The notes under the pieces: model-generated
The model's input: only the letters and a program-made list of their open reading frames with translations
Told to the model about the DNA's origin: nothing
Database searches by the model: none
In this document: in pieces, positions 18,197-27,049 of the stretch
How positions within the stretch are numbered: position 1 is the stretch's first letter
Layout: each line of letters starts with the position of its first letter
Made by a program: the position numbers and the translations under genes
Assembly: GCA_041157865.1 (NCBI GenBank)
Contig: JBEBCJ010000167.1
Coordinates: 1-40,416 of the forward strand
From: Bacteroidota bacterium
GTDB lineage: Bacteria; Bacteroidota; Ignavibacteria; Kapaibacteriales; Kapaibacteriaceae
DNA length: 40,416 nt
Direction of reading: 5' to 3'

Positions 18197-19768
18197 ATGG
18201 CCAACAGACCTGCCGAAATACAACGTCGTCGAACCGTTGCTATCATCTCTCACCCAGATGCAGGCAAGACAACGATGACAGAAAAACTTCTGCTCTACTC
18301 TGGGGCAATCCATGCTGCCGGAGCCGTTACAGGGGGCAAGCACAGTTCGACTACGTCGGACTGGATGGAAATCGAACAACAACGCGGGATCTCTGTCTCT
18401 TCAAGCGCTATGCGGGTTGAGTATGGAGATCTTCTGCTGAACATTCTCGATACACCTGGCCACCAGGATTTCTCCGAAGATACCTACCGCACACTCATGG
18501 CGGTAGATTCAGCCATCATGCTTCTCGACGCAGGACGCGGTGTTCAGGAGCAGACATTGAAACTGTTCAAGGTATGTCGCGACCGTGGCATACCGATCAT
18601 CACGTTCATGAATAAGATGGACCGCCCTGCACGCGATCCACTTGAGCTGCTTGACGAAGTAGAGCAGACACTAGGAATCACTGCCATCCCTCGAACGTGG
18701 CCAATTGGGAACGGTCCAGACTTTCGCGGCATCTACGACCGAGCAACGGAGCAGTTCTTTGAGTTCGAACGTACCGTTGGTAATCGGTATAAGGCTCCCG
18801 TGTCCATTGGGGACATTCGCGGACAGGAACTCCGGTCGTCCATTGGAGAGCTGTCGCACGACAAGCTGCTCGAAGATCTCGAGTTTGTTGATCATGTTAT
18901 CCCTGAGTTCGACCGTCAGGCATATCTGCGCGAAGAATGCACGCCTGTGTTCTGGGGTTCCGCAATAACCAACTTTGGTGTCGAACATTTTCTCCAGTCA
19001 ATACTGGATCTTGCTCCGACTCCGCAGCCCTATCAAACGTCTACGGGTAGCATAGCCCCCTCTGATGAAGAATTTGTGGGCTTCGTCTACAAGGTTCAGG
19101 CCAACATGAATAAGGCCCATCGTGACCGCATCTCATTCGTGCGCATTGTTAGCGGAACATTCGAGCGCGGGATGACCGCCTACCATCCACGGACTGGGAA
19201 GGAAACTAAGCTAACCTACCCGTTCGAGATCTTTGGCCGGGATCGTAAGATCATTGATGAAGCATTCCCGGGCGATGTTATCGGGTTAACAAACCCTGGC
19301 TTGTTCCAGGTCGGCGATACCATCACACAACGAAGTAAGGCAGAACTGCCCGACTTCCCACGCTTTGCTCCCGAGATCTTTGCAAAGGTTTGGCCTTCTA
19401 CAGGTTCATTCTCAAAATCTTTTCGCAAAGGTATAGATCAGCTTCGCGAAGAGGGTGTCATTCAGATTTTCACAGAGTCAGATGGAAACCCTGTGCCCCT
19501 TATCGGAGTTGTCGGTGAACTGCAATTGGAACTCTTTGCCTGGCGGATGGAAAACGAGTACAATGAAAAAGTGAAGCTCGAGCGAATGCCGTTTACACGA
19601 ACGCGTTGGCTTGGTTCCGACGTCAGACCTGCAACGGCATCGCCTGTTGTAATCGATGACAAGGGGCGAATGGCTGTCTTGTTCAAGAGTGACTGGGAAG
19701 TAGACTACACACTTCAGCGCACGGAGGGACTGCAGTTACTTGAACGACCGCCCCAAGCAACTGCGTAA
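18197..19768 (+). CDS. prfC: Peptide chain release factor 3
   Basis: RRTVAIISHPDAGKTT.TEKLL, SDWMEIEQQRGIS, DTPGHQDFSEDTYR, NKMD, KVQANM..HRDR. Start moved to ATG 18197. Confidence 0.97.
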   Translation: MANRPAEIQRRRTVAIISHPDAGKTTMTEKLLLYSGAIHAAGAVTGGKHSSTTSDWMEIEQQRGISVSSSAMRVEYGDLLLNILDTPGHQDFSEDTYRTLMAVDSAIMLLDAGRGVQEQTLKLFKVCRDRGIPIITFMNKMDRPARDPLELLDEVEQTLGITAIPRTWPIGNGPDFRGIYDRATEQFFEFERTVGNRYKAPVSIGDIRGQELRSSIGELSHDKLLEDLEFVDHVIPEFDRQAYLREECTPVFWGSAITNFGVEHFLQSILDLAPTPQPYQTSTGSIAPSDEEFVGFVYKVQANMNKAHRDRISFVRIVSGTFERGMTAYHPRTGKETKLTYPFEIFGRDRKIIDEAFPGDVIGLTNPGLFQVGDTITQRSKAELPDFPRFAPEIFAKVWPSTGSFSKSFRKGIDQLREEGVIQIFTESDGNPVPLIGVVGELQLELFAWRMENEYNEKVKLERMPFTRTRWLGSDVRPATASPVVIDDKGRMAVLFKSDWEVDYTLQRTEGLQLLERPPQATA

Positions 19769-19835
19769 CATTTCATCGACAGAAAGGTCGATCGAATTCC
19801 GTAATGTGGTAACGATGGATACGTTTTCTGTACAG

Positions 19836-22800
19836 ATGCGACGTTTACTGGCAGCGTTGATGATGATCACCGCAGGCGCATCCTTTTATGGTCCACTCAG
19901 CGCACAGTCTACCATAGGCGGCGTCATCAATATCTACACGCCCGTTCTGCAGATAACGACGGACGCATGTGCCGCTCTGCTGGAGGTCGAGGATACGACC
20001 GGGTTTCGAGCAGGAGACCGCGTGTTGCTGCATCAGACCATGGGCTGTACTGGTGCCTCAGACTATACAACAGATGCTGTGGGACTATTTGAGTTTGCTA
20101 CCATCGAGCGCATTCGACCCAACAGAGTGATAGAGCTCAGGCGCACACTCGTACATACCTACCAGCGCTGCAATTTCGTTCAACTCGTGCGCGTGCCTTC
20201 GTACAATGGAACAACGTTGGTTACAACCCCGCTGCTCGGTAAGCCTTGGGACGGCAAGGGTGGTGGGATCATCGCTCTCGAAGTGCGGGGTGTGCTCAGT
20301 TTACGGAGCACAATCGATGCATCGTCGATCGGCTATCAAGGTGGAGCAGTGCGCAACGTCAATAACGCACAATGCTCAACCACGATTGGTAACACAACCA
20401 TAGCGAACCCCGAAGCTGCTATGAAGGGTGCTACCTTCGTCTATCCCCGCGTGGACAATGTTGCGGGGAATGCAGAGCTCTTCAGTGCTGGCGGTGGTGG
20501 TGTTGGTCACAACTCAGGCGGTGGTGGTGGCGGCAATGGAGGTCGCGGCGGCAACGGAGGGAGTCAGTGGCAGGGTTGTGGTGCGCCGTTTGACAATGGC
20601 GGACGCGGTGGTATCAGCCTTCCAATCCAGTTCAATGGCCTACCGTATGTACGCTTTGGCGGCGGCGGCGGCGCTGGTCACATGAACAATAATACAGGTA
20701 CGGCAGGCGGCAGTGGTGGCGGCATTGTCATCATCAAAGCCGATACACTCTATGGTAATCAAAACATCATCCAGTCAGTTGGCGCAGCCGCACAGACAGC
20801 TGGAAATGACGGGGCTGGTGGTGGCGGCGCCGGAGGCTGCGTGTTGATTTCAAGTTCGGTGCTTGTTGGCCCCCTGCATATTACTGTCAATGGCGGACAA
20901 GGCGGGAACATGTCGAATGGTGGCCTGCATGGTCCTGGTGGTGGTGGCGGTGGTGGCGGTGTGCTGTACTCAGGAATATCCCTGCCGGCAGGCGTAACCT
21001 TCAGCGCCGAAGGCGGTGTTTCCGGCCGTTGTACCGCGTTTACCGATGCAGTACAGGCAGCACATCTGGCCAAATCCGGAGACCCCGGGTCTGTCGCGTT
21101 TCGGGCTGTCATTCCGGAGAACACAACTCCCAAGCCCGTGCTCGGTGTCACGATTCTATCCGACACCACGATATGTCCGAATCAAACAGTTCAGCTTTCG
21201 CTGCGCACAGTTGGCGCAGTAGCGCGAATCGAATGGAGTGAGCTCAACGGTAAGACATTCGCCACCTCGAGTGTTGTCGACGTAAAACCTACGCGCACTG
21301 CGTCATATGTGGTTACCATCTCAGATCAGACTGGATGCATAGCACTCGATACTGTTACTGTAACAGTGCTCGATGGTTGGAAGGGGCTTGCCCGCACTCT
21401 CGATCTGGGCGATGTTTTCTGTGATAAGTTCATCGACACATCGCTGGTGGTCGTTAACCTCGGAAGTGCTCCTGGTTTTGTTAGCAAGGTGGTGTCTACC
21501 AATCCCAATGCAATACTCTCTGATAGCCTGCCGCTTCGCATCGGCGCACGAGACAGCGTCCGCATAGGCATGCGCATTGTTACCGGCAATCGCAGTGGGA
21601 ATAACACAGCAGTTGTTTCCGTGACGCTATCACCATGCGACTCCGTGGTAACGGCAACGATCACATGGAACCGTCAGAATCGTCTGAATACTCTCACTCC
21701 GCGCACAGTACGCATGCCGGAGATATACTCATGCATGGGTGCCACTCGTGATACGACAATTGAATGTCGCATTACCGGAAGCAACGGTCTGGTGCGCCAG
21801 ATCATTGGACAAGGAAGTGTTGTTTCAATGACGAATGTACCCTTCCCTATTGCCGATGGTGTACCGTTCCAGCTGGCACTAACATGGGTACCAACGGCGC
21901 AGCAGTCTCAAGGTCGTGCAGGTATTGTCTTCGAGTTCGAGGGCTGCTACGATACGCTATGGGTTGACGTCGATGGCAAGGTGCAGATGCCGCGCATGAG
22001 TGCACCAGACACAGTTGAACTTCCCGATGTTGTGCTCTGCCAGCGTCTACCTGCAGTTGTGAGTATTCCACTTACATCCATTGATTCGACAACGTGGCTG
22101 GTGGATACTGTCATTACCCCTCCAGGTGTAACTCTTGATCTTGTACGAGGCGACTCGTTACAAGGCGTGCGCGTTGTTAATGCCAACGTACTGCCTGCAA
22201 CCCTCGGTCGTTATACAGTGACGGTTGCGATCAGGCTGATTCCGTGCGATACGATCATTACTGTTGTACTTGTTGGCAATGCCATCGATGCCAGACTGAC
22301 GCATTCGGACACGTTGATATTTACCCAGCCTGTGATCGGCAGAAAGCAGTTACTAACTGCTCGATACGTCAACACTGGTGACGTCACAATAGATGTTCTG
22401 TCTGTTGAGCCCCCTGCACCAACACCGTTCTCATACGTCACAAGCAGACCGTCAATTCCCTGCTCACTGCTTCCGGGAGATCTACTTGAGTGCGATGTCG
22501 AAATCACCCAACGCTACGGCAAACATGTAGATTCTCTTGTGCTGGTCACATCCAATCCGTGCATGGCGCGCGAAAAGGTTGTCTTAGTCTCCGAAGCATA
22601 CGCAACAACCCGATTATACATGCCCGACATTTCATCGGGTATCGGCAGAACAGAGCTTGTGCCTGTGCTCATGGATGGACGGCCATCAATAGATTCCGTC
22701 CTGCTCGATTCGTTTCATCTTGAAATTGCGGTCAGATCTGCGGACCTTGCCGTAACCGACGGCTCGTCTGCGCGGGGCAGATGGAGCACCAGCACAACTG

Positions 22801-23270
22801 ACTCACTGACACAAATATCGATTGACGGTCGTTGGTTAGGGGGCGATACAGTCGCAGTTCTTCCAATGAAGACGCTTTTGTCTACGTCGACAACCACACC
22901 ACTCATGTTTGTGCGCCAGCCAGGCTTTCAATGGAATGATCAGCCGTGCGATGTACTCTACGAAGATGGATCGATCGTACTCGGTGATATCTGCTCGGGC
23001 CGAACTATTCGGCTCGTCAGCATTGCTCAGACGCGTCCTGTGGTTATAAGTCCGAACCCCGGTTCTGATGTTGTTCTCATACAACCAGACTTAGGCGTAT
23101 TTGCAGGTGTCTATGAGATCACATTGTACGACGCATTAGGCTGCATGATCTTTACGGTACCGGGACATCGCCAATCCCACATAGATGTAAATGGCATTGC
23201 ATCAGGGATGTACATGCTCTGCATTTCTGACTCGTCCAGCATGTACTCGATACCATTCATCAAGAACTGA
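19836..23270 (+). CDS. Secreted protein with a glycine-rich head, Ig-like stalk repeats, cohesin-like domain and T9SS CTD
   Basis: Signal peptide (MRRLLAAL...LSAQ; alternative start 19815); IGGVINIYT..GDRVLL.Q..QLVRVP..WDG.GGGI head with polyglycine tracts; Cys-paired Ig repeats; CTD ISPNP...LYDALG...IASGMYML. Confidence 0.85.
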   Translation: MRRLLAALMMITAGASFYGPLSAQSTIGGVINIYTPVLQITTDACAALLEVEDTTGFRAGDRVLLHQTMGCTGASDYTTDAVGLFEFATIERIRPNRVIELRRTLVHTYQRCNFVQLVRVPSYNGTTLVTTPLLGKPWDGKGGGIIALEVRGVLSLRSTIDASSIGYQGGAVRNVNNAQCSTTIGNTTIANPEAAMKGATFVYPRVDNVAGNAELFSAGGGGVGHNSGGGGGGNGGRGGNGGSQWQGCGAPFDNGGRGGISLPIQFNGLPYVRFGGGGGAGHMNNNTGTAGGSGGGIVIIKADTLYGNQNIIQSVGAAAQTAGNDGAGGGGAGGCVLISSSVLVGPLHITVNGGQGGNMSNGGLHGPGGGGGGGGVLYSGISLPAGVTFSAEGGVSGRCTAFTDAVQAAHLAKSGDPGSVAFRAVIPENTTPKPVLGVTILSDTTICPNQTVQLSLRTVGAVARIEWSELNGKTFATSSVVDVKPTRTASYVVTISDQTGCIALDTVTVTVLDGWKGLARTLDLGDVFCDKFIDTSLVVVNLGSAPGFVSKVVSTNPNAILSDSLPLRIGARDSVRIGMRIVTGNRSGNNTAVVSVTLSPCDSVVTATITWNRQNRLNTLTPRTVRMPEIYSCMGATRDTTIECRITGSNGLVRQIIGQGSVVSMTNVPFPIADGVPFQLALTWVPTAQQSQGRAGIVFEFEGCYDTLWVDVDGKVQMPRMSAPDTVELPDVVLCQRLPAVVSIPLTSIDSTTWLVDTVITPPGVTLDLVRGDSLQGVRVVNANVLPATLGRYTVTVAIRLIPCDTIITVVLVGNAIDARLTHSDTLIFTQPVIGRKQLLTARYVNTGDVTIDVLSVEPPAPTPFSYVTSRPSIPCSLLPGDLLECDVEITQRYGKHVDSLVLVTSNPCMAREKVVLVSEAYATTRLYMPDISSGIGRTELVPVLMDGRPSIDSVLLDSFHLEIAVRSADLAVTDGSSARGRWSTSTTDSLTQISIDGRWLGGDTVAVLPMKTLLSTSTTTPLMFVRQPGFQWNDQPCDVLYEDGSIVLGDICSGRTIRLVSIAQTRPVVISPNPGSDVVLIQPDLGVFAGVYEITLYDALGCMIFTVPGHRQSHIDVNGIASGMYMLCISDSSSMYSIPFIKN

Positions 23271-24143
23271 TCACGAGTCCAGGTAGCCCATCCTGCCGTT
23301 TCTATAGTCCTCAATTGCCTGATGAATCTCTTCTTCCGTATTCATCACGAATGGACCGTATTGCACAACAGGTTCACCAATTGGTTCGCCGGCGAGAATC
23401 AACACATCTCCTGCCTGCTCACTGCGCAATACGATCTCCGTTTGATCAGAGCTATCATCAAACACGACCAGCTGATGTCGTTCGACACGATGTTGATCAT
23501 TGACAACAAGTGAGCCGTTGAGCACGTAGATCGCAAACGTAGACATTCTTGGCGTTTGCAGTCTGTGGTCGAGATTTTCTGTGAACGACCCCATAGCTGT
23601 TGCCACAACTGAATGCGTTGTCGCAGGTCCAGCTACGTCGAACAAGCTGCCAGAGACGACCTTCACGACCAGTTGACCGTCGCACAAGACCGCAGCCGGG
23701 ATATCAGCCTTTCGTATCTCCTGATACGATGGCTGACACAGTTTATCGCTGGCCGGTAGGTTAACCCACAATTGAATGATCTCTACCTCTGCACCCGAGC
23801 GCTGGAGTTCTGGGGTTGGTCCTTCACTGTGTATGATGCCGGAGCCGCTTGTTATCCATTGCACTTCTCCTGCATGGATAACCCCGGAATTGCCCAGTGA
23901 ATCCTTGTGGTGTACGCTTCCTCGATAGACAAATGTTACCGGTTCGAATCCACGATGCGGATGTGGATCAATCCGATGCATTTCGCCTGATGCATCGAAT
24001 CTTTGAGGGCCTGCATGGTGGAGAAGGATAAAAGGGTCAAGCCCTCTGAGAGCATTCACCGGAAGGGGCTGAGCTACTCGCAGAGGGCCAACGCCGGTAT
24101 AGATCGAGTTGGTAATGATTCGGACAGATCGAAACAAGGTCAC
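23271..24143 (-). CDS. Pirin family protein
   Basis: DPFILLHH, PHPHRGFEPVT, HKDSLG, VQWITSGSGIIHSE, QLWVNLP, YGPFVMNT; GTGA overlap with the YceI stop. Confidence 0.95.
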   Translation of the reverse strand: MTLFRSVRIITNSIYTGVGPLRVAQPLPVNALRGLDPFILLHHAGPQRFDASGEMHRIDPHPHRGFEPVTFVYRGSVHHKDSLGNSGVIHAGEVQWITSGSGIIHSEGPTPELQRSGAEVEIIQLWVNLPASDKLCQPSYQEIRKADIPAAVLCDGQLVVKVVSGSLFDVAGPATTHSVVATAMGSFTENLDHRLQTPRMSTFAIYVLNGSLVVNDQHRVERHQLVVFDDSSDQTEIVLRSEQAGDVLILAGEPIGEPVVQYGPFVMNTEEEIHQAIEDYRNGRMGYLDS

Positions 24144-24664
24144 TGCTTCTGAAGTTGAAGATTGATTACAAGTTTAACATTCTCCGACACGACAATGCCG
24201 CCTGCCTCAGTAACAGCATCCCAAGCCAGACCGAAGTCTTTTCTGTTAATGCTGCCAGTTATCTCGAAACCCGCTTTGGTGTTGCCGTAGAAATCAACCA
24301 TTGTGCCGCCGTACTCAACATCCAACGTTACAGCTTTGGTAACATCCCGGATAGTTAAATCACCAGTAAGATCATAGCGACCATCGCCTTTGGCCGTCAT
24401 TGCATTCGATACGAACGACATCGTAGGATACGTTCCTGCGCTGAAAAAGTCATCACTCTTGAGATGCCCATCCCTCATCTCGTTCTTCGTATTGATGCTG
24501 TCAACGTCGATCTCAAACGAGATGGATGCATCCGAAAAGTCCTCTGCTCCCGCTGTTACTGCTGCACGATATGATGTAAACTCACCAGTCACCGTATTGA
24601 TCATAAGGTGCTTCACCTTGAATTGCACATCCGAGTGCATAGTATCTACAGTCCACGTTGCCAT
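24140..24664 (-). CDS. YceI family protein (no signal peptide)
   Basis: WTVD..HS.V.FKVKHLM...V.G.F, SINT...RD.HLKS.DFF, GDLTIR.VTK.V, INRKDFG; GGAGG RBS at 24670-24674. Confidence 0.95.
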   Translation of the reverse strand: MATWTVDTMHSDVQFKVKHLMINTVTGEFTSYRAAVTAGAEDFSDASISFEIDVDSINTKNEMRDGHLKSDDFFSAGTYPTMSFVSNAMTAKGDGRYDLTGDLTIRDVTKAVTLDVEYGGTMVDFYGNTKAGFEITGSINRKDFGLAWDAVTEAGGIVVSENVKLVINLQLQKQ

Positions 24665-24678
24665 ATTGGCCTCCTATA

Positions 24679-24731
24679 TAATGTGTGTTTCAACACAAAT
24701 ATACAACCAATGCGTGTTTTCACACACATTA
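24679..24731 (-). promoter_or_regulatory. Promoter of the YceI-pirin operon with two palindromic operator-like sites
   Basis: TATATTTG (-7 box, minus strand, 24696-24703) flanked by TGTGTT-TC-AACACA and AATGCGTGTTTTCACACACATT; the outer arms TAATGTGTGT/ACACACATTA form a perfect 10-bp inverted repeat. Confidence 0.65.
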
Positions 24732-24754
24732 CTCTATAAATGATGATCTGGCGC

Positions 24755-25402
24755 TTAGGTAGTGAGGATCTTGACGCCAGACGAGGTACCCAACCTCTCC
24801 GCGCCTGCCTCGAGCATTTCCAGCGCGGTTTCTCTATCGCGAATTCCACCACTGGCCTTAACCTTTACACTTGGGCCCACGTATTGACGAAGCAAACGGA
24901 CATCGTCAAGAGTGGCCCCACCGGTAGAGAAGCCCGTTGATGTCTTGATGAAGTCTGCTCCTGCCTGCGTAACGATTGAGCACATACGGCGTTTCTCGTC
25001 ATCTGTAAGTAGACATGCCTCGATGATGACCTTAACGATGCCACCAAGTGCATGTGTTGCCTGTGTAACCTCGCGAATGTCGTCGTAAACCTCATCGAAC
25101 AATCCACTCTTAAGCGCGGTGATAGAGGCAACCATATCGATCTCGCGAGCCCCCTGCCGAAGTGCTATTTCTGACTCTGCCACCTTGCTCAGTGTCGTAG
25201 ATGCGCCTAGCGGGAATCCAACGACGGTGCACACAGGTATGCCCTCCGGAGCAAGGATATCATAGGCCCGCTGCACATACCATGGCAGGATGCACACACT
25301 TGCAAAGCGATGTGTTACTGCCTCGAGGCATACATTCTGCACATCCGTTAGTGTTGAATCAGGCTTGAGAACCGTGTGATCGATAGTAGCTGCAATGTTC
25401 AT
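24755..25402 (-). CDS. deoC: Deoxyribose-phosphate aldolase
   Basis: IDHTVLKP, CTVVGFPLG, EIDMV, VKVIIE, ADFIKTSTGF, VKASGGIR, RLGTSSG. Start moved to ATG 25402 (25408 also possible), just after the upstream stop. Confidence 0.96.
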   Translation of the reverse strand: MNIAATIDHTVLKPDSTLTDVQNVCLEAVTHRFASVCILPWYVQRAYDILAPEGIPVCTVVGFPLGASTTLSKVAESEIALRQGAREIDMVASITALKSGLFDEVYDDIREVTQATHALGGIVKVIIEACLLTDDEKRRMCSIVTQAGADFIKTSTGFSTGGATLDDVRLLRQYVGPSVKVKASGGIRDRETALEMLEAGAERLGTSSGVKILTT

Positions 25403-25410
25403 AAACATCC

Positions 25411-27042
25411 TTATTGTCTGTCCATATCGCGTCCGTACACATCTGGCGGACGGAACCGATGCTGCGAGAACGCCGAAAAATGTTGACTTACAGAAAATAT
25501 TACTCCCGCCCACTTCTGCGTCGTGCAGTTGTAGGCAAAATCGAATCGGTACAGCGCATCCTTACCTGATTGCTTCAGATTATGGATGCGCAGTCCAGCA
25601 CCAACCGAATTGTAATAGCGTGCATTCAGGTAATTCGACGATTGATTGAAGGCCGTTCCGATATCGTGAAAAACAACGCCGCTAAGTCCGTAGATCCATA
25701 TGTTGATCTTTGGGAACCAACGGAGCTCGGTATTGGCTACTACCCTTCGTTCACCGACCAGCCAGTTCGCGTCATATCCTCGCAGACCAGATTGCAAATC
25801 AAGCACAAGCTGACGGTACCCAGTCCAATTCCAAATCGATTGCGTCTTTACCTGAGAGGTCACCACGAGACCATCTGCAAGGCGCATGTACGAAAGACCG
25901 TGTATCTCTAGGTAGGTGTTTACAGCCCGCGCTCCGGTTTGAAATCCAGAACCGGCGGCAATCCGTCCAAACAGATAGAGATCCTTCGTAACGTTTGCTG
26001 ACTGTTCTCCCTCGGCACCCAAGTACCACATCGAGAGCCCACCCTGCCCCATAGAGAATACACGTCCCATCACAACCGAGCCCCAAGCACCGTGCATCAC
26101 GTCTTCGGTTTCATAGCCGTTCAGGAACTGCGCACGCGAATACTCCTGCCGTATCGAAGAAAAACCGATCAAAACATGACCAGTGTTGTCGAAGGCCTGC
26201 TTCGAACTTGGTAAGGCACGGGAAACATCAGAAAGGCGGATACCCACATTCGAATAAAGCTGATCGCGAACCCCATACGACTGCGATATCCATCCATAAA
26301 GCTCACGAGAATGAAACGGCAACAGACCAGGAATCCTACCATCATTATAGTACTTGAAGTCACTGCCGAATTCGTTGAGCAGTTGGAACGAGTACGCATA
26401 TGGTGTAGAGAACCATCTGTAGGGCTGCGCTACTGTAAGTTCTTGTCGTGTGCGCACCCTGTTTGATAAGATCGTACCTCCAACGTCAACCAACGAACGA
26501 AACACTCTGCGCCAGTGACCTTCCAGAGTCCCTTCGAGTCCTATCTCATTTTCCGTCCTGTAGATTCCTTTCAATGCAAGCGTAGAACCTGTCCCGAGTA
26601 CATTGTATTCTTCAAGCTGACCTCCAAAGGAGGCTATGCCCCCTCCGGTATTGAAGATTACGGCCGGAATAAACGAAGATCGGTCTTGGGTGGTAATCTG
26701 AATATCAGCCTGCCCGTTGACAACCGTATCTTCAACGCGCACGCTGCTGAATATGCCGATACGACGGAGTACACGTTCTGTCTCGAGAAGATCTACCGAG
26801 TCAATCTCATCACCAATTCCGAACAAGAGCTCATCATTGATCACATATTCATGGGTCTTGACGTGAAGCGCATTCATCAGCTTAGCAGCGAAAAACCAAT
26901 CTTTCTGTGTCGTATCCCACACATCAATGCGCTTGATTCGAATACTGCGAACTACAGGTGGTGCGTCGTCCAGAGCCGCTGCAATGCCCGTAGTTGATCC
27001 GCAGACCACACATGCAAAAAGAATCAGCAGGTAGGGCTTCAT
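25411..27042 (-). CDS. Omp85 (BamA/TamA-like) outer-membrane protein with one POTRA-like domain
   Basis: Signal peptide; HVKT...I..ELLF..GD......ETER.LR..GIF POTRA; E.NVLG.G barrel start; GLRGY loop motif; NTELR, FHDIG, SVGAGLR, RFDFAY. Confidence 0.82.
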   Translation of the reverse strand: MKPYLLILFACVVCGSTTGIAAALDDAPPVVRSIRIKRIDVWDTTQKDWFFAAKLMNALHVKTHEYVINDELLFGIGDEIDSVDLLETERVLRRIGIFSSVRVEDTVVNGQADIQITTQDRSSFIPAVIFNTGGGIASFGGQLEEYNVLGTGSTLALKGIYRTENEIGLEGTLEGHWRRVFRSLVDVGGTILSNRVRTRQELTVAQPYRWFSTPYAYSFQLLNEFGSDFKYYNDGRIPGLLPFHSRELYGWISQSYGVRDQLYSNVGIRLSDVSRALPSSKQAFDNTGHVLIGFSSIRQEYSRAQFLNGYETEDVMHGAWGSVVMGRVFSMGQGGLSMWYLGAEGEQSANVTKDLYLFGRIAAGSGFQTGARAVNTYLEIHGLSYMRLADGLVVTSQVKTQSIWNWTGYRQLVLDLQSGLRGYDANWLVGERRVVANTELRWFPKINIWIYGLSGVVFHDIGTAFNQSSNYLNARYYNSVGAGLRIHNLKQSGKDALYRFDFAYNCTTQKWAGVIFSVSQHFSAFSQHRFRPPDVYGRDMDRQ

Positions 27043-27049
27043 TGTGCTC

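Noticed and set aside
20490-20960. GGT/GGC trinucleotide runs as a possible microsatellite or repeat array
   Set aside because: They are in-frame mixed glycine codons explained by the protein, with no repeat-spacer structure.
25403-25513. N-terminal extensions of deoC and of pdxJ, the ABC ATPase, the GldM-like gene, sua5 and the 19740 ORF in the track
   Set aside because: These are longest-ORF artefacts overlapping neighbouring genes or promoters; downstream starts match family N-termini or signal peptides.
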